Below, one piece after another: positions 19,335 to 29,257 of a DNA stretch of 64,000 nucleotides. Where the stretch lies: assembly GCA_035286595.1 (NCBI GenBank), contig DATEDA010000069.1:10497-74496 (forward strand), read 5' to 3'. Each line of letters starts with the position of its first letter. The stretch's first letter is position 1. The stretch comes from Burkholderiales bacterium (GTDB taxonomy: Bacteria; Pseudomonadota; Gammaproteobacteria; Burkholderiales; SG8-39). The notes below the pieces were generated by a model. The model saw only the letters and a program-made list of their open reading frames with translations, was not told the DNA's origin and did no database searches. The position numbers and the translations under genes are program-made.

Positions 19335-20894
19335 TCAATCCGCCTCACCTGCGGCGCGGATGCGCGCGATCAGCGCGCGCGTGGAGCTGTCCGTGCCGTC
19401 CGCGTGGCCCCCTTGGATCGCGGGGGCGAGCCTCCTCGCCATCGCCTTCCCCAATTCGACGCCCCACTGGTCGAAGCTGTTGATGCCCCACACCACACCC
19501 TGGACGAACACCTTGTGCTCGTAGAGCGCGAGCAGCGCGCCGAGCGAGCGCGGATCGAGCCGCGGGAGAACGATGGTCGTCGAAGGCTGGTTACCGGGAC
19601 AGCGGCGTTGGGGCGCCGCCGGATCCCCGCCGCCAAACGCGAGCGCCGCGCTCTGCGCGAGGGCGCTCCCGAGCAGCAGGCGGTGGGCCTGCGAATCGGT
19701 CCCGGCCGCGGGCTGCGCGGGAACGATGAAGTCGGACGGAACGAGCAGCGTTCCCTGGTGCAGGAGCTGGTGGAACGCGTGCTGGCCGTTCGTGCCGGCG
19801 GCGCCCCACACGACCGGCGCCGTCGCGTAGTCGACCGGAACCCCGTCGCGGTCGACGCGCTTGCCGTTCGACTCCATCTCGAGCTGCTGCAGATAGGCCG
19901 GAAGCTCACGCAGGTCCTCGGCGTACGGCAGCACCGCGTGCGTCTGCGCGCCGTAGAAATCGCCGTACCAGACCCCCAGCAACCCGAGGATCGCCGGCAG
20001 GTTCGACTCGAGGGGTGCGGTCCGGAAGTGCTCGTCCATCGCGCGTGCACCCTCGCGAAATTCGTCGAAGGCAGCCATGCCGACGGCCAGGGCGAGCGGC
20101 AACCCGACCGCGGACCAGACCGAGTAGCGGCCTCCGACCCAGTCCCACATCGCGAAGACCCGATCCTCGGCGATGCCCCACGCCCGCGCCGCATCGCGGT
20201 TCGCCGTCACCGCGATGAAGTGCGCGGCGACGTCGTCGCCGAGCGTGCGCGCCAGCCACGCGCGGGCGCGGCGGGCGTTGTCGAGCGTTTCGACCGTCGT
20301 GAAGGTCTTCGACGCGATGATGAACAACGTCGTGTCCGGGTCGAGCCCCTCGAGCGCGGCATCGAGGTCGGCCGGATCGACGTTCGCGACGAATTGCGCG
20401 CGAATGCGCCCGGCATCGAAGCCGCGGAGCGCATGCGTCGCCAGCCGCGGACCGAGGTCCGAGCCGCCGATGCCCAGGTTGACGACGGTACGCAGCGGCC
20501 GGCCGTTCGCCCCGCGCAGCGCCCAGCGGTGCGCGCGATCCACGAGCGAGCGCATCCGCGCGAGGGTCGCCGCGACCTCGGGGGGAGGCGTCGCGGCGCG
20601 GAGCGCGACGTGCCATGCTGGCCTGTTCTCGGAGGTGTTGATCGGCTCGCCGGCGAACATTCGGTCGCGCCACTGCTCGACGCCCCGTTCTCGCGCCAGC
20701 GCGAAGAGGAGCCGCAGGGTCTCGTCGGTGACGCGGTGCTTGGAGTAGTCGGCGTAGATGCCGCCGCCCTCGGCGACCAGCCGTCGGCCGCGGTCGGGCT
20801 CGGCGGCGAACAGATCGCCGAGATGAACTGCGGCGAGCCGTGCGTGATGCTGCTGGAGTTCCCGCCAGCCCGGAGTGTCGGTGACGGATGTCAT
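19335..20894 (-). CDS. pgi: Glucose-6-phosphate isomerase
   Basis: ATG 20894 (MTSVTDTPGW...) within ORF 19335..21446. Motifs DYSKHRVT, NLGIGGSDLGP, FIIASKTFTTVET, GGRYSVWSAVG and NSFDQWGVELGK. Confidence 0.95.
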   Translation of the reverse strand: MTSVTDTPGWRELQQHHARLAAVHLGDLFAAEPDRGRRLVAEGGGIYADYSKHRVTDETLRLLFALARERGVEQWRDRMFAGEPINTSENRPAWHVALRAATPPPEVAATLARMRSLVDRAHRWALRGANGRPLRTVVNLGIGGSDLGPRLATHALRGFDAGRIRAQFVANVDPADLDAALEGLDPDTTLFIIASKTFTTVETLDNARRARAWLARTLGDDVAAHFIAVTANRDAARAWGIAEDRVFAMWDWVGGRYSVWSAVGLPLALAVGMAAFDEFREGARAMDEHFRTAPLESNLPAILGLLGVWYGDFYGAQTHAVLPYAEDLRELPAYLQQLEMESNGKRVDRDGVPVDYATAPVVWGAAGTNGQHAFHQLLHQGTLLVPSDFIVPAQPAAGTDSQAHRLLLGSALAQSAALAFGGGDPAAPQRRCPGNQPSTTIVLPRLDPRSLGALLALYEHKVFVQGVVWGINSFDQWGVELGKAMARRLAPAIQGGHADGTDSSTRALIARIRAAGEAD

Positions 20895-22540
20895 CGCCGG
20901 GCCTCGGCGCGCCGGTAGAGCCGATAACGCTCCCGGTCGCGCGGCTGCCGATGGCCCTCCCAAACGCGCACCCAGCCGGCCCCGGGCTCGACGGTCCGAG
21001 TGCGCACGTTCTCCTGGACGAGCAGGTACGGGCAGTCGGTGCGACCGTGCACCTCGGCGCGACGGGTGATGAGCCCCGCATGGTAGTGAAACACGGCGCG
21101 CTGGCTCTCGCCCAGCCCCCGGCTCTCGACGCAGCCCACTTTGGCGGGCAGGGCCTTGCGCAGGCTCTCGGCGACCCGCCGATAGCTCTTGCCGTAGTCG
21201 ATCCAGCCGAGCCAGAGGGTCGCCACCAGTCCCCAGACGAGCGTCATCCCGGCCGCCCAGAGCGTCACGCTGCGGAGCGTGGATCGCTCTACCCGGAGGA
21301 TCAGGATCCACCACGCGGCGGTGATGGCGAGCGCGAACGCGAGCGGGAGCCAGTGGACTTCGAGGACGAACCCCGGCTCGAGGCGAGCGGCGTGGCCCGC
21401 GAGACGCTCCGGGAACCCGACAAGCGTCACGAGCCACATGAGCCACATGTAACTCCCAACCAGAGTGAACGTCATGATCGCGAACCAGGCGAGCGCGTTC
21501 GCCGCCCCGCGCCGCAGGGCCAGCGCCGCCGCGCCAGCCGGGATCGAGAGCGGCACGAGGAGCGCGAGCACGTCCATGTCCCGCGGGTTGGGCATGAACA
21601 GCAGCAGCACGAACGACACGATGCTCGCGACGAACGGCGCGGCGAAGCCGGGTTCACGGAGGTGGCGGCGGTACTCCCACGTCGCCCACAGCGTCATCGG
21701 CAGGACCGGCCATGCCCCCCACGCGAGCGTCTTGAGGATGTCCAGGAGCTTGGGCAGCGTCGGCGGATGGCTGACGTTCGCGAGCTGCCACGCGAGCCAG
21801 CCCTCGAAGTAGTCCGGGGACGAGTTTGCGAGCCACCCGGGCCACGCAAGAACGAAGGGCGCGAGAATCAGCAGGCCGAGCCCGACCGCGATGGCGAAGC
21901 CGCGCTGTCGATACGGGGCGGAGATCACCAGCACCAGCAGCGCAGCGGCGAACGGCTGCAGGAGCGCGACGAGTCCCTTGGCGAGGAAAGCGACTCCGGT
22001 CCCCAGGCCGAAGAAGAACGCGCCCTTGTAGGCCTTCCGGTGCGAGATGGCGACGCCGTAGTACGCGGCGGCGAGGCCGGCGAGCATCGCCGTCTCCGCG
22101 GTCGTCTCGTGGGCGTGCCAGAGCAGCCCGACCGAGCCCAGCATCGCGAGCATCGACAGGTCGCCCTGCGGCTTCCCGTAGAGCTCGCGCCCGGCGAGCC
22201 GCACGCACCACAGCGCCGCGAGCACGAAGAGCGCGCTCGCGAAGCGGGCGGCATCCTGGGGCGGCAGCACGGTGCCGAGCGCCTTGACGAACAGCGCGGC
22301 GACCCAGAAGTAGAGCGGACCGTCCTCGTAGTACGGCTCGCCGGCGAGGTGCGGCGCGAGCCAGTCACCGCTCGCGAGCATCTGGTGCACCACGCCGAAG
22401 CCGACGGCGTCCTCGGTCTTCCAGGGGTCGTGGCCGACGAGGCCCGGCAGCAGGAATGCCGCCACCAGCACCGCGAGCGGCCACGACGCGAGCGGGAGCG
22501 GGATCGGTCGCGCGAGCAGGGCTTGCAGCCTCGACGACAC
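20891..22540 (-). CDS. Family 39 glycosyltransferase (ArnT/PMT-like integral membrane protein)
   Basis: 549 aa, polytopic. The N-terminal loop GHDPWKTEDAVGFGVVHQM...EPYYEDGPLYFW is typical of ArnT-like enzymes. Its stop overlaps the pgi ATG as ATGA. Confidence 0.85.
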   Translation of the reverse strand: MSSRLQALLARPIPLPLASWPLAVLVAAFLLPGLVGHDPWKTEDAVGFGVVHQMLASGDWLAPHLAGEPYYEDGPLYFWVAALFVKALGTVLPPQDAARFASALFVLAALWCVRLAGRELYGKPQGDLSMLAMLGSVGLLWHAHETTAETAMLAGLAAAYYGVAISHRKAYKGAFFFGLGTGVAFLAKGLVALLQPFAAALLVLVISAPYRQRGFAIAVGLGLLILAPFVLAWPGWLANSSPDYFEGWLAWQLANVSHPPTLPKLLDILKTLAWGAWPVLPMTLWATWEYRRHLREPGFAAPFVASIVSFVLLLFMPNPRDMDVLALLVPLSIPAGAAALALRRGAANALAWFAIMTFTLVGSYMWLMWLVTLVGFPERLAGHAARLEPGFVLEVHWLPLAFALAITAAWWILILRVERSTLRSVTLWAAGMTLVWGLVATLWLGWIDYGKSYRRVAESLRKALPAKVGCVESRGLGESQRAVFHYHAGLITRRAEVHGRTDCPYLLVQENVRTRTVEPGAGWVRVWEGHRQPRDRERYRLYRRAEARR

Positions 22541-22653
22541 GTCGCTATTCGACGATCTTCGAGGTCAGGCCCCGCACCGGCGCTCCTGGGACTCGGTGAC
22601 CTCGTGGCATGCGGCCAATTCTAACGCCGCGCCTCGGCGCGCTCCCCAAACAG

Positions 22654-22677
22654 AAAAGGCAGCCGAGGCTGCCTTTT
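22654..22677 (-). terminator. Rho-independent terminator downstream of rpmE
   Basis: Perfect hairpin AAAAGGCAGCC gag GGCTGCCTTTT. On the minus strand the stem is followed by TTTTCTGTTT, 20 nt after the rpmE stop. Confidence 0.7.
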
Positions 22678-22697
22678 GCGGGCGCCATGCCCTCGGT

Positions 22698-22946
22698 TCA
22701 GGTCGATGCCTGGGTCTTGGTGGGCTTGCCGGCAGGCTTGGTCGTCGTCCGGCTGTACTTCTGCTTGAATTTCTCGACCCGGCCGGCGGTGTCGACGATC
22801 TTCTGCCGCCCGGTATAGAACGGATGGCAGGCCGCGCACACTTCGACGTGCAGGTCTTTGCCGAGCGTCGAGCGGGTCTTGAACGTGTTGCCGCACGAGC
22901 AGATGACGGTGATTTCCTTGTAAGCGGGATGGATTCCGGTCTTCAT
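22698..22946 (-). CDS. rpmE: 50S ribosomal protein L31 (Cys-containing, zinc-binding type)
   Basis: 82 aa from ATG 22946. It reads [22 protein letters not shown]...[13 protein letters not shown] and carries a K/T-rich C-terminal extension. Confidence 0.95.
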   Translation of the reverse strand: MKTGIHPAYKEITVICSCGNTFKTRSTLGKDLHVEVCAACHPFYTGRQKIVDTAGRVEKFKQKYSRTTTKPAGKPTKTQAST

Positions 22947-23065
22947 GGCGTGTCCTTTCGCTGCTGGCTCGGTCTCGCGGTCCCGACGTGCGGGAGAGCG
23001 CGTTTCGAGCGGACTCGGGAGGGGCGCGATTGTCCCAGAAACTCGCCCCACTGGCAATTCCAGCG

Positions 23066-24325
<1,260 letters not shown>

Positions 24326-24471
24326 CGTGTTCGCAGTCTTCTGGATGGATTGAGCCCTGGGGAGGGTCCGGACGTCGGGGGGAGACGCGCCGGGAGCCGG
24401 CGCGGAGACAACCGCGCTCGATGGTAGCGCGGTCTCGAGGTCCTGGCTAGCGGGGGAAGGGGCGGGTCGGG

Positions 24472-24801
24472 TCAGAGGTTGGAATCGAGGAAAGCGGTCA
24501 GCTGCGACTTCGAGAGCGCGCCGACCTTCATCGCCTCCATGTTGCCGTTCTTGAACAGCATGAGCGTCGGAATGCCGCGGATGTTGTACTTCTTCGGCAC
24601 CTCGATGTTGTCGTCCACGTTGAGCTTCGCCACCCGGAGCTTGCCGTCGTACTCCTTCGCGACCTCATCGAGGATGGGGGCGACCGCCTTGCACGGACCG
24701 CACCACTCGGCCCAGTAGTCGACGAGCACCGGCAGGTCCGACTTCAGGACCGTGGGCTCGAATGTCTCGTCGGTCACGTGCACGATCTGCTCGCTCGTCA
24801 T
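24472..24801 (-). CDS. trxA: Thioredoxin
   Basis: 109 aa with active site WAEWCGPCK. Confidence 0.97.
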   Translation of the reverse strand: MTSEQIVHVTDETFEPTVLKSDLPVLVDYWAEWCGPCKAVAPILDEVAKEYDGKLRVAKLNVDDNIEVPKKYNIRGIPTLMLFKNGNMEAMKVGALSKSQLTAFLDSNL

Positions 24802-25046
24802 GGCGGCCTTGGCTTTCGGCTTGCGAATTCGGGGGCTGGCGGCGGGCTGCCGCCGGAAGGCGTTCTCGCTTTGCCGCTATCCTAACAAAAAAACCCCTTG
24901 CAAGCGAAGGCCGGGCGCGAGCCGGGAAACAGCGGGCTTTCCCTTTGCCGACGTAGGGTTACGCACCCCGTCCCCGGGGGGGGCGGGGGGTAGCGCCGTG
25001 CTACCATCGCCGCGACTGCGAGTCGTTCCGGCTAGAAGCCCGCACC

Positions 25047-25370
25047 ATGACCTACGTCGTCACCGAGACCTGCATCAAGTGCAAGTACACCGATTGCGTC
25101 GATGTCTGCCCCGTGGACTGCTTCCGCGAGGGGCCGAACATCCTGGTGATCGATCCCGACGAGTGCATCGATTGCACGCTGTGCGTCGCCGAATGCCCGG
25201 TCGAGGCGATCTACGCCGAGGACGACGTGCCACCCGATCAGCGCCCGTTCATCGCGCTCAACGCCGAGCTCGCCAAGCGGTGGCCGCCGATCGTCGAACG
25301 CAAGCCGGCGCCGGCGGACGCCGACGAATGGGCCAAGACCAAGGAGAAGGCCCAGTTGCTCGAGCGCTGA
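25047..25370 (+). CDS. fdxA: 7Fe ferredoxin (3Fe-4S plus 4Fe-4S)
   Basis: 107 aa reading [26 protein letters not shown]...[12 protein letters not shown]. Confidence 0.95.
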   Translation: MTYVVTETCIKCKYTDCVDVCPVDCFREGPNILVIDPDECIDCTLCVAECPVEAIYAEDDVPPDQRPFIALNAELAKRWPPIVERKPAPADADEWAKTKEKAQLLER

Positions 25371-25433
25371 GGCCGGCCGTGGTCTAACATCGAAGCGAGC
25401 GCTTGGCGCTCGCCGGCGCGAGGAGGGAAGCCC

Positions 25434-25868
25434 ATGCTCACCAAGGAAATCCTCCGCATCAAGGGCTCGGTCCTGTATACGATCGCCCCCGAAGGCCGCC
25501 TGTGGGACGCCGTAGGCACGATGGTCGAGAACGACATCGGCTCGCTCGTGGTGATGGACCGCGGGCGACTCGCGGGCATGCTCACGTTCCGCGAGGTCCT
25601 CGCCGCGCTGCACCGCTTCCACGAGGGCTTCGCGCGGCTCAAGGTCGAGGACGTGATGGTGAAGGAGCCGAAGTCCGTCGGCCCCGAGATGGAGGTGGAC
25701 GACCTGCGTCGCGTGATGATCGACACGCACGTCCGGTACATGCCGGTCATGGACGGCGCGACCCTGACCGGCGTGCTGTCCTTCCACGACGTGGCGAAGG
25801 CGGTCCTCGAAGAGCAGAGCTTCGAGAATCGCATGCTGAAGGGCTACATCAAGAACTGGCCCGAGTGA
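25434..25868 (+). CDS. CBS-domain pair protein
   Basis: 144 aa with two CBS repeats (GSLVVMD...GMLTFREV and YMPVMD...GVLSFHDV). Confidence 0.85.
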   Translation: MLTKEILRIKGSVLYTIAPEGRLWDAVGTMVENDIGSLVVMDRGRLAGMLTFREVLAALHRFHEGFARLKVEDVMVKEPKSVGPEMEVDDLRRVMIDTHVRYMPVMDGATLTGVLSFHDVAKAVLEEQSFENRMLKGYIKNWPE

Positions 25869-26010
25869 GCGTTGGCGCCCAGGGCTCGCCGCCGGCTCCG
25901 GGGCGGCGGGTGTGCGGTTCCGTCGGGGTTCCGGCCGGAACAGAGCTTCGCCAAGCCGCGTCTGCCCCGACGCCCGCCCGATCTCGAAACAGACCGCCTG
26001 AGGCCGGCAG

Positions 26011-27897
26011 ATGACCGAGCGCAGCCAGTTCAGGCTCCTCGGCGAGCGGCGCTTCGGGCCGTTCTTCGCCACCCAGCTCCTGGGCGCGTTCAACGACAAC
26101 GTGTTCAAGAACGCGCTCGTCATCCTGATCGCGTTCCAGACCGCCGGTCTCGCCGGCCTCGCGCCGGAGGTGACGGTCAACCTCGCCGCGGGCGTGTTCA
26201 TCCTGCCGTTCTTCCTGTTCTCCGCGACGGCCGGGCAGCTCGCCGACAAGTACGACAAGGCGCGGATCATGCGGCTGGTGAAGCTCGCGGAGATCGGGAT
26301 CATGGCGCTCGCAGCCATGGGATTCGTCCGCGGCGATATCGTCACCCTGTTCGTTGCCCTGTTCCTGATGGGCGTCCACTCGACCGTGTTCGGGCCGGTG
26401 AAGTACTCGATTCTCCCGCAGACCCTCGACGATCGGGAGCTCGTCGGCGGCAACGCGCTGGTCGAGACCGGCACGTGGGCGGCGATCCTTCTCGGTACCA
26501 TTCTCGGCGGGCTCCTCGTCGCGCGGCCGTCCGGCCCGACCCTGCTCGTCCCAGCGGTGACCATCGCCGTTGCAGTCCTCGGCTATGGGGCGAGCCGCTT
26601 CGTCCCCGCGGCGCCGCCGGTCGCGCCAGACCTCGTGCTGAGTTGGAACCCCGTCGCCGAGACGTGGCGCAACTTGCGGTTCCTGCGCCAGAACCGGACG
26701 GTATTCCTGTCGATCCTCGGCGTGTCCTGGTTCTGGTTCTACGGCGCCCTGCTGCTCGCCCAGTTCCCGACGTTCGCGAAGACCTGGCTCGGCGGCGACG
26801 CCAGCGTCGCGACGGCGCTCCTCGCGGTCCTCACGGTCGGCATCGGCGCGGGCTCGCTTGCCTGCGAGCGCATGTCGGGACACAAGGTGGAGATCGGGCT
26901 CGTCCCGTTCGGATCGATCGGCTTGACGGTGTTCGCGCTCGACCTCTTCCTCGCGACCCCGTCGGTTCCGCCCGAGGCAACGAGCGGCGTCGGGGCGTTT
27001 CTCGCCAGGCCCGACGCGATCCGGGTGCTCGCCGACGTCGGTCTGATCGGGCTCTTCGGCGGGTTCTTCATCGTGCCGCTCTACGCATTGATTCTCAGCC
27101 GCTCGGATCCCGCGCACCAGTCGCGGATCATCGCCGGCAACAACATCGTGAACGCTGCGTTCATGGTCGGCGCAGCGCTGATCGGCGCGGCGTTCCTCCA
27201 GCTCGGCGCGACGGTGCCGCAGCTCTTCCTGCTGACCGCGCTCCTGAACGCCGCCGTGGCGGTGTTCATTTATTTGCTGGTGCCCGAGTTCCTGATGCGG
27301 TTCCTCGCATGGCTGCTCATCCACTCGGTGTATCGGCTGGAGAAATCCGGCCTCGAGCACATCCCGGAGCGAGGCGCGGCGCTGCTCGTCTGCAATCACG
27401 TCAGCTTCGTCGACGCCATCGTGATCATGGCCGCCTGCCGCCGCCCGATCCGGTTCGTGATGGATCACCGCATCTTCAAGACGCCGGTGCTGAGCTTCAT
27501 CTTCCGCACCGGCGGCGCGATTCCGATCGCTTCCCGCAAGGAGGATCCGGAGATGATGGAACGGGCGTTCGCCGAGGTCGCGGCCGCGCTGCGCGCGGGT
27601 CAGCTCGTCGGCATCTTTCCCGAGGGGCGCCTCACGGACTCGGGCGAGATCCAGCCGTTCCGGCCCGGGATCCAGCGCATCCTCGACGAGACCCCGGTGC
27701 CGGTCGTGCCGATGGCGCTGCGCGGCCTGTGGGGCAGCTTGTTCAGCCGCATGAAGGGGCAGGCGATGACCAGACCGTTCCGGCGCGGGCTCTTCAGCCG
27801 GATCGGGCTCGTCGCCGCGCCACCGGTCGGGCCGGAACTCGTCACGCCGGAAGGGCTGCAGGCTCAGGTCCAGACGTTGCGCGGCGACTGGCGCTGA
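26011..27897 (+). CDS. Fusion of an MFS (LplT-like lysophospholipid transporter) with a PlsC-type acyltransferase domain
   Basis: 628 aa. About 12 TM segments with an LplT-like N-terminus, then the acyltransferase HX4D motif CNHVSFVDA and the FPEGRLT motif. There is no adenylation (AMP-binding) domain. Confidence 0.85.
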   Translation: MTERSQFRLLGERRFGPFFATQLLGAFNDNVFKNALVILIAFQTAGLAGLAPEVTVNLAAGVFILPFFLFSATAGQLADKYDKARIMRLVKLAEIGIMALAAMGFVRGDIVTLFVALFLMGVHSTVFGPVKYSILPQTLDDRELVGGNALVETGTWAAILLGTILGGLLVARPSGPTLLVPAVTIAVAVLGYGASRFVPAAPPVAPDLVLSWNPVAETWRNLRFLRQNRTVFLSILGVSWFWFYGALLLAQFPTFAKTWLGGDASVATALLAVLTVGIGAGSLACERMSGHKVEIGLVPFGSIGLTVFALDLFLATPSVPPEATSGVGAFLARPDAIRVLADVGLIGLFGGFFIVPLYALILSRSDPAHQSRIIAGNNIVNAAFMVGAALIGAAFLQLGATVPQLFLLTALLNAAVAVFIYLLVPEFLMRFLAWLLIHSVYRLEKSGLEHIPERGAALLVCNHVSFVDAIVIMAACRRPIRFVMDHRIFKTPVLSFIFRTGGAIPIASRKEDPEMMERAFAEVAAALRAGQLVGIFPEGRLTDSGEIQPFRPGIQRILDETPVPVVPMALRGLWGSLFSRMKGQAMTRPFRRGLFSRIGLVAAPPVGPELVTPEGLQAQVQTLRGDWR

Positions 27898-27915
27898 AGC
27901 GGGGGCCGCCGCGCG

Positions 27916-28110
27916 TCAACCGCGCCCGCGGTTCTTGTCCCAGACGTAGCGGACGAAACGCTGCCAGCGCGACGCCCGCTGCACAAGCGCATTGCGCGTC
28001 TTGAGCTGCGCCTCGCGGTCGCGCGCGACGCTCTTCTTCACCTGCTCGTGGATTCGGCGCATCGCCAGGCCGCCGGGACCTTTCAGCTTGTCGGGATCGT
28101 CGGTCGGCAT
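27916..28110 (-). CDS. Hypothetical small basic protein (64 aa)
   Basis: ATG ORF with GC-rich third codon positions. It has no recognisable motif, a weak SD, and sits only 40 nt from the divergent aroC start. Confidence 0.35.
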   Translation of the reverse strand: MPTDDPDKLKGPGGLAMRRIHEQVKKSVARDREAQLKTRNALVQRASRWQRFVRYVWDKNRGRG

Positions 28111-28150
28111 CGCACCCGGATGCTAAACTCGATCGCGATTTCCGGATAGC

Positions 28151-29257
28151 GTGTCCATGTCGGGCAACACGATCGGTAAGCTCTTCTGCGTGACCTCGTT
28201 CGGCGAGAGCCACGGCCCGGCCTACGGCGGCGTCGTCGACGGCTGTCCGCCGGGCATGGAGCTTTCGGCCGCCGACATTCAGACCGAGCTCGATCGGCGC
28301 AAGCCCGGCACCTCCCGCCACGTCACGCAGCGACAGGAATCGGACGCGATCGAGATCCTCTCGGGCGTGTTCGAAGGCCGGACGACAGGGACGGCGATCG
28401 GCTTCCTCATCCGCAACGAGGACCAGCGGAGCCGCGACTACAGCAAGCTCGCCGACACCTTCCGCCCGGGCCACGCGGACTACACCTACTGGCAAAAATA
28501 CGGGATCCGGGACTATCGCGGCGGCGGCCGCGCGTCGGCGCGCGAGACGACGGTGCGGGTGGCGGCAGGCGCGATCGCGAAGAAGTGGCTGCGCGAGCGC
28601 TACGGCGTCGTGATCCGCGGCTATCTCGCCCAACTCGGACCGATCAAGATCCCGTTCGTCGCATGGGACCAGGTCGACCGGAACCCGTTCTTCGCGCCGA
28701 GCGCGGAGGTCGTGCCGCAGCTCGAGCAGTTCATGGACGAGCTGCGCGACGCCGGCGATTCGTGCGGGGCGAAGGTCGCGGTCGTCGCCGAGAACGTCCC
28801 GGTCGGCTGGGGTGCGCCGGTGTACGACCGCCTCGACGCGGACATCGCCTACGCGATGATGGGCATCAACGCGGTGAAGGGCGTCGAGATCGGCGCGGGG
28901 TTCGCCTCGGTCGAGCAGAAGGGCAGCGAGCACGGCGACGAGCTGACCCCGGACGGCTTCCTCTCCAACAACGCCGGCGGTACCCTGGGCGGGATCTCGA
29001 GCGGGCAGGACATCCTGGTCCAGATCGCCCTCAAGCCGACCTCGAGCATCCGGGTTCCGCGCCGCTCGATCGATCGGCAGGGCAAACCGACGATCGTCGC
29101 GACGACCGGCCGCCACGACCCCTGCGTCGGCATCCGGGCGACGCCGATCGCCGAGGCGATGCTGGCGATCGTGCTCATGGACCACGCGCTCCGGCACCGC
29201 GCGCAGAATGCCGACGCGATCTGTCCCACGCCCCGAGTCCCCGGCAAGCCGAAGTAG
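28151..29257 (+). CDS. aroC: Chorismate synthase
   Basis: 368 aa with [35 protein letters not shown]-like ([18 protein letters not shown]) and [10 protein letters not shown]. The start is GTG 28151 or ATG 28157. Confidence 0.95.
   Translation: MSMSGNTIGKLFCVTSFGESHGPAYGGVVDGCPPGMELSAADIQTELDRRKPGTSRHVTQRQESDAIEILSGVFEGRTTGTAIGFLIRNEDQRSRDYSKLADTFRPGHADYTYWQKYGIRDYRGGGRASARETTVRVAAGAIAKKWLRERYGVVIRGYLAQLGPIKIPFVAWDQVDRNPFFAPSAEVVPQLEQFMDELRDAGDSCGAKVAVVAENVPVGWGAPVYDRLDADIAYAMMGINAVKGVEIGAGFASVEQKGSEHGDELTPDGFLSNNAGGTLGGISSGQDILVQIALKPTSSIRVPRRSIDRQGKPTIVATTGRHDPCVGIRATPIAEAMLAIVLMDHALRHRAQNADAICPTPRVPGKPK

Noticed and set aside
20888-22624. A 578-aa plus-strand ORF opposite the GT39 gene. 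Similar shadows include 35566..37110(-), 36788..38950(-), 25032..26564(-), 25849..27468(-), 9012..10295(-), 7695..8921(-), 42207..43877(-) and 44481..45665(-).
   Set aside because: Each is antisense to a gene with unambiguous conserved motifs and has a low-complexity charged or Pro-rich translation.
25395-25413. A perfect 8-bp hairpin, GCGAGCGC ttg GCGCTCGC, between fdxA and the CBS gene, considered as a terminator
   Set aside because: No U tract follows and the downstream gene starts 20 nt later. It may be an RNA stability or processing element, but I cannot support a terminator call.
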